The position numbers were made by a program, and so were the translations under genes. The notes beneath the pieces were generated by a model. It was given only the letters and a program-made list of their open reading frames with translations. It did not search any database and was not told the origin of the DNA. From Candidatus Omnitrophota bacterium (GTDB lineage Bacteria > Omnitrophota > Gorgyraeia > Zapsychrales > Fredricksoniimonadaceae), in the NCBI GenBank assembly GCA_015233675.1, contig JADFXH010000001.1:140563-204562 (forward strand): 64,000 bases of DNA, read 5' to 3'. This document shows positions 25,903 through 35,339 of this stretch, piece after piece; the stretch's first letter is position 1, and each line of letters opens with the position of its first letter.

Positions 25903-25976
25903 TGGAGCGGGGGACGGGAATCGAACCCGCGTAGTCAGCTTGGGAAGCTGAAATTCTACCACTGAATTACCCCCGC
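25903..25976 (-). tRNA. tRNA-Gly (anticodon UCC), CCA encoded
   Basis: The reverse complement GCGGGGGTAATTCAGTGGTAGAATTTCAGCTTCCCAAGCTGACTACGCGGGTTCGATTCCCGTCCCCCGCTCCA folds as a cloverleaf. The anticodon loop is CTTCCCA and the T-loop is GGTTCGATTCC. Confidence 0.9.
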
Positions 25977-26012
25977 ATTTTGAAAATGCTAATGTAACCT
26001 ATCAATTCCGTG

Positions 26013-26651
26013 TCAACCGCCGCAAAGCAATTTTTTTAAGTCTCGCACTGACTGGCAAGGATCAGTTGCCAATAAAATATCCCTGCAAATCGCCGCCCTT
26101 CTCACTCCCAATGGAATTAATTGCCGTATATTCTCCCGGCTGATACCGCCAATGGGAAATACGGGGATCTTAACTCTCTTGATCACTTCCTGTAAAAGAT
26201 CTAAATCCATTTCCGGACAGCCGGGTTTAGTTTGTGTCTGAAATACTGGGCCAAAACCAATGTAGTCAGCTCCTTGATCTTGTGCTTTGAGAGCATGCGC
26301 CAAATTTTGACAAGAAACGCCAACGATTTTGCCGTGTCCCATCATTTTCCTGGCATGCAGGCAATCAAGATCTTCCTGGCCTACATGTAAACCATCCGCT
26401 CCGGAAAAAAAAGCCAAGTCAGCGCGGTCATTGACAATGAGCGGTATTTTACCCTTAGTGATTTTTAAAATTTTACTGCAAAAATTTAATATCTCTTTTG
26501 CACTGCCTTTTTTGTCACGCAATTGTACTATATCAATGCCGCCGCGTACAGAATATTTTAAAACTTGCAATAAAGCGCCGTAGCCCAATACCTGGGTATC
26601 CAAAATTAAATATAATTTAACTGAGTCTAATAACTTTTTGTTCGAGCGCAT
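26013..26651 (-). CDS. thiE: Thiamine-phosphate synthase
   Basis: Carries LYLILD, DIVQLRDK, GADGLHVGQEDL and PIGGI motifs. The start is placed at ATG 26651. Confidence 0.8.
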   Translation of the reverse strand: MRSNKKLLDSVKLYLILDTQVLGYGALLQVLKYSVRGGIDIVQLRDKKGSAKEILNFCSKILKITKGKIPLIVNDRADLAFFSGADGLHVGQEDLDCLHARKMMGHGKIVGVSCQNLAHALKAQDQGADYIGFGPVFQTQTKPGCPEMDLDLLQEVIKRVKIPVFPIGGISRENIRQLIPLGVRRAAICRDILLATDPCQSVRDLKKLLCGG

Positions 26652-27012
26652 AAACCTTGTACCGCAACACTTTAAGCTTGGAAGATATCTTTGCATCCAT
26701 TAATTTAGTTACTTCTTCGAGAACCCTCAAGGACTCCTTGACCCGCTGACTATTGGCCCAAAAAACCGCGTTTATATCATCTCTTTTAGATTCACTGATG
26801 GTGGTGGCACGCCCAACATCACCTTGAATATGACGGGCTTGAAGGACTTTTTGAATATCTAATACCGCTATGATCTGGGTCAATCCATGACGGACATCTT
26901 TGAAAGTACGAGTCAAAGTCTTTTGATTCCAGACATATCGGCATAAATCTTCACAAACTCTTAATCCTTCTTTAGCGCGATTAAAGTTGGCATCTAAAAT
27001 CCGATAAAGCAT
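26617..27012 (-). CDS. ThiE-associated helical domain protein (domain often fused N-terminally to ThiE)
   Basis: MLYRILDANFNRAKEGLRVCEDLCRYV matches the conserved ILDANxNRAxEGLRVxED motif seen at the N-terminus of long ThiE proteins. The start is placed at ATG 27012. Confidence 0.55.
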   Translation of the reverse strand: MLYRILDANFNRAKEGLRVCEDLCRYVWNQKTLTRTFKDVRHGLTQIIAVLDIQKVLQARHIQGDVGRATTISESKRDDINAVFWANSQRVKESLRVLEEVTKLMDAKISSKLKVLRYKVYALEQKVIRLS

Positions 27013-27022
27013 TTTGTCAGGA

Positions 27023-27496
27023 CTATTTTTCACTTTTAACAATTTTCTCAATAATGTTAGTCGTTGAAAACCCCTTAATATACTTAACAAGTTGCACCTT
27101 TTTAACCAAATCTTCACCAACAACAGACTTCCCCTCCCAATCAGCCCCCTTGATCAAAATATCCGGCTTAATTGCGGCAATGGTCTTATAAGGGGTATCT
27201 TCGTTAAAAATAACGATGAAATCCACACTTTCTAAAGCCGCTAATACTGCGGCACGGGATTTTTGCGGCACTATGGGACGGCTTGGCCCTTTTATATGAC
27301 GAATAGAAACATCACTATTAAGACCAACGATTAAAACGCGGTTTCCCCTTCCGGCTTCTTCCAAATATTTCACATGGCCGATATGCATCAGGTCAAAACA
27401 GCCGTTAGTAAAAGCAATGGTGTTGCCCTGCCTGCGTAAGACAGGCAATTTCTTTAATAAGGAAGATAAACTAAGAATTTTATTTTTGATCGGCAT
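27023..27496 (-). CDS. rfaE2: D-glycero-beta-D-manno-heptose 1-phosphate adenylyltransferase (RfaE domain II-like cytidylyltransferase)
   Basis: Carries TNGCFDLMHIGHVKYLEEA (HxGH nucleotidyltransferase motif). The product is 157 aa. Confidence 0.8.
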   Translation of the reverse strand: MPIKNKILSLSSLLKKLPVLRRQGNTIAFTNGCFDLMHIGHVKYLEEAGRGNRVLIVGLNSDVSIRHIKGPSRPIVPQKSRAAVLAALESVDFIVIFNEDTPYKTIAAIKPDILIKGADWEGKSVVGEDLVKKVQLVKYIKGFSTTNIIEKIVKSEK

Positions 27497-27574
27497 AATG
27501 AAGCATGAATTTTAACACAGGAATAAAAAAAATGGAAGGACTTATAACTCTTCCTGGAATCCCGCCAACAGCGC

Positions 27575-27602
27575 TTGCAATATAAAAGGAACATGCCATA
27601 AT
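27575..27602 (+). promoter_or_regulatory. Putative promoter of the plus-strand pilin gene (TTGCAA-N16-CATAAT)
   Basis: The hexamers are read directly at 27575-27580 and 27597-27602, 64 nt upstream of ATG 27667. The architecture matches the putative recO and pilin promoters. Confidence 0.3.
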
Positions 27603-27666
27603 ATCTTTCATCGTTTCATAAAACACCTTTTGTCTTACAATCCCATCATTAGAATTTAAGCTGATT

Positions 27667-28209
27667 ATGCAAAAAAGATTTCTTACGCGTAAAAAAGGGT
27701 TTACCTTAATAGAACTCATTGTAGTTTTAGTCATTTTGGGGATTTTGGCGGCGATTTCCATAACATCTTATTTTTCATGGGTAGAAAGCTCACATGTAGC
27801 TGAAGCTAACCTTAATATGAAAACTTTAGCTGACCAGATCGATGCCTGCATAGCTAAAGGACCAGTAGCAGGACAAGAACCACAAACAACAGCTCAGAAT
27901 TGTATTAACCCCCTTCTGACCCGAAACCAAGGCCCAAGTAGCCTGGTTTTTTTTAACATTTTGCCAGGATCTCCAAATTTCGTTTATACTGCCATGTCCT
28001 CTGGATTTATGACTGATCCTGGATATATAATTCTAACGGCTATGATTGATAGCAGTGGCACCCCCATACCCGGCTCATTTTCTTGGACGAATATTTGCGG
28101 ATCGAGTAGTACAACCTTAACGATGTATAATTGGAGACTTGTCCTCTGTAGAGATCCCTCTGGAAAACGTAGCCTTTATAGTAATGGCTCTTTTAATGGC
28201 GTCTTCTAA
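27667..28209 (+). CDS. Type IV pilin / pseudopilin
   Basis: Carries MQKRFLTRKKG|FTLIELIVVLVILGILAAI, a canonical prepilin cleavage/methylation motif with Glu5. The product is 180 aa and has Cys residues for a C-terminal disulfide. Confidence 0.85.
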   Translation: MQKRFLTRKKGFTLIELIVVLVILGILAAISITSYFSWVESSHVAEANLNMKTLADQIDACIAKGPVAGQEPQTTAQNCINPLLTRNQGPSSLVFFNILPGSPNFVYTAMSSGFMTDPGYIILTAMIDSSGTPIPGSFSWTNICGSSSTTLTMYNWRLVLCRDPSGKRSLYSNGSFNGVF

Positions 28210-28249
28210 ATTTGTAATTTGATACGACTTTGAATTATTCTTTGAGAAT

Positions 28250-31200
28250 CTAACCATACACCTGTGAATGTCCGGTTTGAACCACACCTAAGAAATCCTT
28301 TAAATTCATCATCGGCTGGATATTGACAATCACCGGCACAAAGCCCGGGGCATTTTGGAGTTTTTGGAGCATGGCAGGGTCAATGCGAAATTTAATCCCT
28401 TCATTAGAATTTTGAGTCTGCAAATTCATATTAGCAGGAGTTAAATCAATACCCCCTTTCTGAAAAACATTCATCGCCTTATCATTCTTTTCGAAAGCAT
28501 CCTCACCTTTTATCTTATCCAAAATTTGCTTAGCACTGTTTGGATTATCTAAAATTATATAAACAAAACCGATCGCTTTAGAAATAATATCAACATCCAA
28601 CGAATTTTTTTCTCCTTCATTCCGGCTTTCCCTTACTAAAAAAAATCTAATCCCTTGATCAACTAAATTATAATCATGATAGGATTTATCAAAAATTTCA
28701 TTTGTATATTGGACTAACCTTCTTAAGATTTTCTCCCAACTTAACTTTTTTTCTCTCATTTTAATTAACAATGTTATTGCATTTTCTTTCGGATTTTTTG
28801 TCGGATCCATCTTGCCCAAGGCTCCAGGCTTAAAGGATTTATTTATCATCGCTTTATCCGCCACACCCAATTGGGCGCTTTGCCCAACCATCCCCATTTC
28901 GCCCCTAGCCTTACCGACTTTTTCCCACATACTAGACAAGCCATCACCCCCGCTAGGGTCATAGTTTACTCTTTGAAAACCCTCAATCTCTGACGTTTGC
29001 TTGTCCCTTCCTCCTTCATTAAGTAACAAAATGCCTCCCGGGCTTAACTGTCGTAAAATTTCGTTGAAAAATAAAAAGGACACCTTTAAATGCAGGCCTC
29101 TAGGATAAAAAATATCAAATCCGGACCTTAATTCTTCTATTTGATCGGGATTACTCTTTGACGCATCAGCCCTATATAACACAATCTGCCTGTCTATACC
29201 CTCAAAATCAAATGTCAGCGTTATTTTTTCATGAGACCCAGCATTTTTTGTTCTTAAAACGGTCAAATTCCTTCCTCCTTGGGAAAATATCGTTGCCCTA
29301 TACCTATCCACGAAACTGTCTATATCCTCCCCCTCCAGCGGATCTATCCCTACAACTTGATGAATCCCTTTGATATTAAAAATAGGGTCTATGTCCGCCC
29401 CCATACCAGGATAATACAGCACCCCTGTTTTAGCTTTAAAAAAAACATTCAAATCTTGATAAAAATCCTTAATACTATCCCAATATTCATCGGGATAATA
29501 AGGATGGTTTATTAAAAATACTCTGTCGGCAAAGAATTTCATTAATGGTTCACTATTTAAATTCTCAGCTATTTTATACCCGTTCAAATAAAATCTTTCT
29601 ATGGCTTTTAATGTCACACAGCTTCCCATTAAAGTTGCGTCAAGAGCCATATTCTTCAGTACGAATTTCGCATTATAGAATCCAGCACTAGCTTTCATCG
29701 CCTGATCCTGCCGGGCCGATTGGGTGCTGTCCTCAATTTTTGAGGGTTGCCCCAATACCAACCCCCTGCTGGTCATACGATATATCCTTTGCCCAATGTT
29801 ATCTACGCCCTCCCGGGACGAATCGGGTAATCTGATAATTTCAGCCACATTCTGATAAAAATTAATTCTGATGTTGATACCATACGTTTCAAATAATAGC
29901 TTTTCAAAATTTTTTAATGCATCCACTGCTTCTTTATTTAAATCTTCTCTGCCTGGCTCAACTAACGCCTGGGCCACTTCATTGGGATCACCGGTCCCAT
30001 ACCCAACCTTGTCTTCAATAAAAAAATAAAAATTTTCTAATTCGGGCATGACTTTACGCAAAGTGTACACATCCACTAATAGCCGGCCTTTAGGCTTCAG
30101 GGCCTTAACAAATTTTGAAAAAAGTTTTGTGCTCTGTGGACTTTGGGCAAGAGCATAAGTTAAAGAGAAAGTGCCGATCATTAGGTCAAGTTGATCCTCA
30201 CCGTAATCCAGGCTTTTAAAATCTGCGGTCAACGGCTGAATATCCACATTGTTGGGAACGACCGTATTGTACCTTACTTTTACCGCGTCAAATTTCTGTT
30301 CATTCCTCAAAAATTTCTTCAAAGAACTCTGGACTCTATCAGAAATATGATATCTCCCCCATTCCCTTCTAAGAGTATAAGTTTCATTTTCCGATTCTCC
30401 TGTTGTCATTTTTAATATTTTCGATATCTCTCCTTCGTCTTTAGAAATAACAGCTAATTCGATCGGACGTTTACTATGCCCTGCGCTTAATACTGACATC
30501 ACCTCAAACAATTGGGGCGATTCAGAAACACCGTCCTTCTCATACATTCCAGGCCCCATCAAGGCAACTTTTAGACTATGCTCCGTATTGTCGTCGTTTG
30601 ACTTTAACAACAAATCATAAAGCGCAGGGTAACGAAGCGGCCATGTTATAGTACTACTAATCATTTCTCCTTTGAATGCAGCCAATACCGGGTTAATGGC
30701 CCTTAAATAATCTACATATTTTTCTGTGTGGATCGTAAAAATCTCATCGATGTCCCCTTCATTGCGAATAAATTCTGAATAGGTAATTAATCTTCTTAGT
30801 GAATCGTTGGCTTGTTCTTCATTGATTTTTCTGTTTTGCAAAGCTTGACGTATGCCTTCTTGAAAGAATTCCAAATCTTCATCCGGGAAAAGATAGGCCA
30901 AATGATGGTCTCCTTTGATACCCAAACGATAAGGAATGCGTTTAAGCCTATTAGGAGTATCTTTAATAGCATTTAAAATAAATTCCCCATAAGTTTTTCC
31001 TTCCGGCGCCTTAAAAGTGCGATCAAGCATTACCCAATATGGCCCATAAATGTCAGGCCGGGCAAAAGTTTTAATATACCTTTTATTACCAAATGGCCCG
31101 TAATACCTATCATCTATGGATAAACCTATAGCCGCTGAAGCAACCCCAAAGGCAAAGCACTTTAATACTGTGCCAATATATTTTGGTTCCGGATTTTCAA

Positions 31201-34200
31201 TAAAATTGTTCAGTGCGCTTAACAAGCCCTGTCCCGCAATCATTGATCCCAATATCATATTAGATTGGGCCATCAGAGACATCATCTGGGAAAAACTCAA
31301 AAAGGACTTTTTTATCTTTTGGTCTAATATAATATTCAGCATTGCTTTTTTCTTTGATTCCCTGTCCTTTTTAATCCAACTTTCTCCCAAATGTACCCCG
31401 ACCCCATGCCCCCAATAGCCCCTTTTTGCCGCCAATGCAATAATTTTTTCAGTGATATCGGACGAATTGATCAAGCCATTAAATTTCGATTCTAAAGGGT
31501 CCGATTTCTTGCCAGTCATAGCCTGATCAAACTGGGCCGGATCATAAAGCACAGATGGCACGGCCGTGGGGGGTATTTCTTTTCTCCAATCAATGAACTT
31601 ACTCTGGTCTACCTTTCCTAAAAGTATCTTAAATGCTGCCCCGCGTGTTCCATGCGAAAAAAACACACCTGTATCGCCATCTAATAACCGGTCCAAATCT
31701 TCCAGCTCCTTTTTTGACTGTTCTAAGAATCGGATAAAGTCATCCCCTCCGCCCACAGAAACAGCGGCATTATAACCCCGATAGGCCTGGCTTACCTTAA
31801 GGGCTAAAGGGCCCATTTTCTCTTCAATTATTTTATCCGATTTGTTCTCGAACTCCCCAAAGCTCATTTCAGCAAGCCCTTCCCGCGGCTCCCCTTCAAA
31901 ATCGAAATGCATGGCCTCCATAGCCGGTTGTGCCGTCTGAAAAGCTCTGAATAAAGGACTCCTGAAATAATGAATTGGTTTTTTCTCCTCTTTTAATATG
32001 CCTTGCAGTTTATCCACTACTGAGAGCGCCTGATTTTCACCATGGGTACTCAGCTGATTTAAAAACGGATCATCAACATTGCCTTGATATCGAGGCCGAT
32101 TTTGATCCCTTTTCCCTTCTTCAATTAAATGGGTATCCCCGTGACGAATAAAAATTATCTTAGATTTTAACCGCAGGGGCTTGAAATCTTTCCCATAATA
32201 AAGTTTTCCATTTCTCCATTCCAAACCTAATTCCTTTAATATTCCCGCTTGTTCTTCATCAGGGACAAACCGTGCCTGCTTTGGGTCCCAGGGTTTCTCG
32301 CTTACCTGTGCATTACTCATCGCCCAGTCCTGATCGGCCCGTTGGGAAGTGTACCAATTTTTACCTCCCCTCAAGGGTCCCAAAACAAATTCCCGGTGTG
32401 GCAATTGCTGACTATTGTTTAAAACATTTTCTCGAAATTTTAAGAATAATGCATCAACATCACTTAACCACTGCTTGTTAGAGTCATAATTTAAATAGGT
32501 TGGGGACCGAAACCCCATCACATCATTAATGGGCAAACCAAGCCTCTTAAAAGTTTCTTCCAGCACCTTAAAAGTTTGTTCAACTTGCTGAACATTAAGA
32601 TGATATTTAATAGGTTCGTCCAACCCCTTAATTGACCGCAAATCATCATGCTCTTTCTGAAAAAGCGAAAAGAAATCATAATCAATATTCACAAAAATCG
32701 GTCCGGGATATTCAGATAATTTGTATGGTTTTCCAAAAACATCAGCCTCAGCTTCATCCAGAGTAGACAATCTTGACGCATACTTACCTTTAATATCTTT
32801 GAATATATCCAGCTCACTGTTAAATAATATTCGATCCGGCTTAGGTTCAAACCAGCGCCTGCCATCATCTGGTTCCCCCAAAGGCTCTCCAAACAAAGAA
32901 AAAACTATTCTAGGGGCCTGTATTTTCCCTTCTTGATCAAATAAACCTCCTTTTGTCATAAATCCATCTGCAGGAATAACCGTACCCACTTTTACGGCAT
33001 TAATAGATTCAAGGGTAAAAGCCCAGCTAGCGTCCCTTTTGATTTCTCGAGCAGATAACCCCCCAATAGGTTTTATAGCGCTCTCTATAGCATTATACCT
33101 ATCATGATGCGGATCAACATTGATGACTAAAATTGGCCAACCGTGATCTAATCCGACCATACGGACAGTATGAACAATATTCAACATGTCCCCATGCTTG
33201 TTAGAAATGGGATATTCCACTGGCTTATCTGTAACCCATGATGGATTGCTGCTCAAAACTTTGTCTTGATGAATATGGGCTAGCGCTTGTTGATAGAGGG
33301 TGAAAAATTTAGTTGTTTTATTTAGTAATGAAGCCGCAGGGTTAGCTTGATCTATACGGCAATTCACAACTACCTTCGGAGAAGATTCTTTATCAAGCAT
33401 GGCAGCATCTGTTGTCACTCTTAATATTTCCTGCGGCCTTGAAGATGTTGACCGGTTAGAAAGAAGCGCCAAGTCCGTACCACCTGAAAAATATTTTCTT
33501 GGGACATTCTCTTGGGTTGTAGGATTAATTTCATCTTTTATATAGTTGTAAACGCCTTTTTTGAAGGCTTGAAGGTAGCGTTGGTAGATGAGTTGAACGT
33601 CACTGCTTTCAGGCGATTGGTTGTTTCCCTGGGGCGCTTTCGCATTCAAAACTACCTCGCTTGGCAACGTGCTTGGGGACACATTTTTTTGTTGTTCTTT
33701 ATTGAACATGTCCCCTGGTTGCCCTCCCCTGGTTGGCGGCGCTGGTATGACACTTTGATCATAGCCTACCCCAGCCACTTTATTTTTATCCGCGTACACT
33801 TGAGCCAAAATACTGTCTTTGATTTTCTTCTTGTACCATGTCGCCAATATTAACGAATTGTAGACTTGCCGCAGTTGGGCGAAATTTCTGCCTTCATTGA
33901 CTTCTTTGATTAATTCGGGGATGACGATCTCGTGGACGATTTGGGAGGCTAAAGAGTTGGTGTCTTTGTTTGGCAGGCGGCGTTCGGAGATGTGTCCTCT
34001 GGTTGGCTCTTGATTTTTTGACAAAGCTAAATAATCTTGCTCAAGCATTACCTTAAGTTTTGACTCAACTACATACGCCGTCCCTGCCTGAGCATTCTCA
34101 TATACCATTGCCTTTTCGGGAACTATCCACACTTTATTAAAAGTATTTACCGGAATGTTGGTGGAGCCAAATATCTTCGCAGTTTTTTCATAGATACGCT

Positions 34201-34699
34201 TCCAAAACTTTTTACCGATTTCACCTTCCGGATAAACCAAACTGGCGGTGATCTGTTTGAGCATGTAGTCTTCCGCCAAAAGGTCCCTGCCCATTTCCGT
34301 TAAGCCAAAACTTTGTGGAATAATGCGGTCTTTTTCGTAAGGTGAAAGATTGACCCACAGGTCTTTTTCAGGGATGGTTAAGGAGGCAAGGAAATATTTG
34401 ATGAGTTTGGTGGCTCCTTGTTTAAGATCTCGCCCTCCCCTTGCCCCTCCCTCCAAGGGAGAGGAATTCTTACCAACAAAGACAGAAGAATCACCTTGAT
34501 CTAAAATAAAATCAAGTCGAAAAGGATTTTCAGTATGGACTTTGAGGCCTTTTAATATGGGGGAGTTATATTCGGGGCTTAAACCGACACGCACACCGGG
34601 TGTAGGCAAACGGAATTCCTGGGCATAAACGGGAGACGTCCCATATACACTTGTTATTAAAAAACACAAGATAGTAAGGATTAAAATTAACTTTTTCAT
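28250..34699 (-). CDS. Giant secreted multidomain protein (2149 aa from ATG 34699) with histidine-phosphatase and two methyltransferase-like regions
   Basis: All residue numbers below use track-ORF numbering. The signal peptide is MKKLILILTILCFLITSVYGTSPVYA. Residues ~853-1037 carry IIFIRHGD, SPLFRAFQTA and FFSHG, matching the histidine phosphatase superfamily. Residues ~1384-1555 (ALMGPGM...LKPKGRLLV) and ~1766-1905 (YYPGMGAD...LSPGGILLL) look like Rossmann-type methyltransferases. Residues ~510-690 carry INVDPHHD and VNIDYDFF, which are arginase/deacetylase-like metal motifs. Confidence 0.75.
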   Translation of the reverse strand: MKKLILILTILCFLITSVYGTSPVYAQEFRLPTPGVRVGLSPEYNSPILKGLKVHTENPFRLDFILDQGDSSVFVGKNSSPLEGGARGGRDLKQGATKLIKYFLASLTIPEKDLWVNLSPYEKDRIIPQSFGLTEMGRDLLAEDYMLKQITASLVYPEGEIGKKFWKRIYEKTAKIFGSTNIPVNTFNKVWIVPEKAMVYENAQAGTAYVVESKLKVMLEQDYLALSKNQEPTRGHISERRLPNKDTNSLASQIVHEIVIPELIKEVNEGRNFAQLRQVYNSLILATWYKKKIKDSILAQVYADKNKVAGVGYDQSVIPAPPTRGGQPGDMFNKEQQKNVSPSTLPSEVVLNAKAPQGNNQSPESSDVQLIYQRYLQAFKKGVYNYIKDEINPTTQENVPRKYFSGGTDLALLSNRSTSSRPQEILRVTTDAAMLDKESSPKVVVNCRIDQANPAASLLNKTTKFFTLYQQALAHIHQDKVLSSNPSWVTDKPVEYPISNKHGDMLNIVHTVRMVGLDHGWPILVINVDPHHDRYNAIESAIKPIGGLSAREIKRDASWAFTLESINAVKVGTVIPADGFMTKGGLFDQEGKIQAPRIVFSLFGEPLGEPDDGRRWFEPKPDRILFNSELDIFKDIKGKYASRLSTLDEAEADVFGKPYKLSEYPGPIFVNIDYDFFSLFQKEHDDLRSIKGLDEPIKYHLNVQQVEQTFKVLEETFKRLGLPINDVMGFRSPTYLNYDSNKQWLSDVDALFLKFRENVLNNSQQLPHREFVLGPLRGGKNWYTSQRADQDWAMSNAQVSEKPWDPKQARFVPDEEQAGILKELGLEWRNGKLYYGKDFKPLRLKSKIIFIRHGDTHLIEEGKRDQNRPRYQGNVDDPFLNQLSTHGENQALSVVDKLQGILKEEKKPIHYFRSPLFRAFQTAQPAMEAMHFDFEGEPREGLAEMSFGEFENKSDKIIEEKMGPLALKVSQAYRGYNAAVSVGGGDDFIRFLEQSKKELEDLDRLLDGDTGVFFSHGTRGAAFKILLGKVDQSKFIDWRKEIPPTAVPSVLYDPAQFDQAMTGKKSDPLESKFNGLINSSDITEKIIALAAKRGYWGHGVGVHLGESWIKKDRESKKKAMLNIILDQKIKKSFLSFSQMMSLMAQSNMILGSMIAGQGLLSALNNFIENPEPKYIGTVLKCFAFGVASAAIGLSIDDRYYGPFGNKRYIKTFARPDIYGPYWVMLDRTFKAPEGKTYGEFILNAIKDTPNRLKRIPYRLGIKGDHHLAYLFPDEDLEFFQEGIRQALQNRKINEEQANDSLRRLITYSEFIRNEGDIDEIFTIHTEKYVDYLRAINPVLAAFKGEMISSTITWPLRYPALYDLLLKSNDDNTEHSLKVALMGPGMYEKDGVSESPQLFEVMSVLSAGHSKRPIELAVISKDEGEISKILKMTTGESENETYTLRREWGRYHISDRVQSSLKKFLRNEQKFDAVKVRYNTVVPNNVDIQPLTADFKSLDYGEDQLDLMIGTFSLTYALAQSPQSTKLFSKFVKALKPKGRLLVDVYTLRKVMPELENFYFFIEDKVGYGTGDPNEVAQALVEPGREDLNKEAVDALKNFEKLLFETYGINIRINFYQNVAEIIRLPDSSREGVDNIGQRIYRMTSRGLVLGQPSKIEDSTQSARQDQAMKASAGFYNAKFVLKNMALDATLMGSCVTLKAIERFYLNGYKIAENLNSEPLMKFFADRVFLINHPYYPDEYWDSIKDFYQDLNVFFKAKTGVLYYPGMGADIDPIFNIKGIHQVVGIDPLEGEDIDSFVDRYRATIFSQGGRNLTVLRTKNAGSHEKITLTFDFEGIDRQIVLYRADASKSNPDQIEELRSGFDIFYPRGLHLKVSFLFFNEILRQLSPGGILLLNEGGRDKQTSEIEGFQRVNYDPSGGDGLSSMWEKVGKARGEMGMVGQSAQLGVADKAMINKSFKPGALGKMDPTKNPKENAITLLIKMREKKLSWEKILRRLVQYTNEIFDKSYHDYNLVDQGIRFFLVRESRNEGEKNSLDVDIISKAIGFVYIILDNPNSAKQILDKIKGEDAFEKNDKAMNVFQKGGIDLTPANMNLQTQNSNEGIKFRIDPAMLQKLQNAPGFVPVIVNIQPMMNLKDFLGVVQTGHSQVYG

Positions 34700-34710
34700 T
34701 ATATTCTGGA

Positions 34711-34719
34711 AGTATAACA
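34711..34719 (-). promoter_or_regulatory. Putative extended -10 promoter (TGTTATACT) of the giant gene, implying a very short leader
   Basis: The reverse complement of 34711-34719 is TGTTATACT. The ATG at 34699 lies 11 nt downstream of the hexamer and there is no Shine-Dalgarno sequence. Confidence 0.35.
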
Positions 34720-34765
34720 CGTGTATTTATATACTGCCAATTCAAGGAAGGAAGTTGAAGGAAGT

Positions 34766-35335
34766 TCAAACGGCAAGGGTATTTTCAACCAACTCGCAGA
34801 TGGAATGGAATATGACCAGATGGGATTCTTGAATGCGGGCGGTTTTAGAAGACGCGGCAATAATGGGGATATCACACATACCAGCTAATTGACCGCCACT
34901 ACTACCAGTGACACCTACAGTGGTTATCCCCATCGCTTTCGCCTGTTTAACAGCCGCCAGGACATTTTTGGAATTTCCGCTGGTAGAAATGGCAACTAAA
35001 ACATCACCCTTCTGCCCTAATGCCTGCAATTGGCGGGAAAAAACAATATCAAACGTATAATCATTACCCAAAGCCGTCAAGGAAGAGGTATCTGTGGTCA
35101 GGGCAATCGCCGGCCAAGCCTTGCGTTCCTTTTGAAAACGCCCGACAAACTCCGCGGCAATATGCTGGCTATCCGCGGCTGAGCCGCCATTACCGCAAAA
35201 AAATAATTTATGACCGCTTCTAAATGCACTGATGATAACTTCGGCGGCATTAATTATTTGAGACAGGTTCTTTTTTAAAGTTTCCTGTTTAACTTCTATT
35301 GATTCCGCAAAAATTTGTTCAATTGTTTTCTTCAT
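34766..35335 (-). CDS. gmhA: D-sedoheptulose 7-phosphate isomerase (SIS domain)
   Basis: Carries CGNGGSAADSQHIAAEF and ISTSGNS motifs. The start is placed at ATG 35335, 4 nt after the pfk stop. Confidence 0.85.
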   Translation of the reverse strand: MKKTIEQIFAESIEVKQETLKKNLSQIINAAEVIISAFRSGHKLFFCGNGGSAADSQHIAAEFVGRFQKERKAWPAIALTTDTSSLTALGNDYTFDIVFSRQLQALGQKGDVLVAISTSGNSKNVLAAVKQAKAMGITTVGVTGSSGGQLAGMCDIPIIAASSKTARIQESHLVIFHSICELVENTLAV

Positions 35336-35339
35336 ACCG

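Noticed and set aside
27480-27761. A 93-aa minus-strand ORF overlapping the 5' end of the plus-strand pilin gene. An internal 43-aa version (27480-27611, MKDIMACSFYIASAVGG...) was considered as a small membrane protein.
   Set aside because: The upstream half is antisense to the highly recognisable prepilin N-terminus. The short version overlaps the rfaE2 start and the putative pilin promoter and has no recognisable motif.
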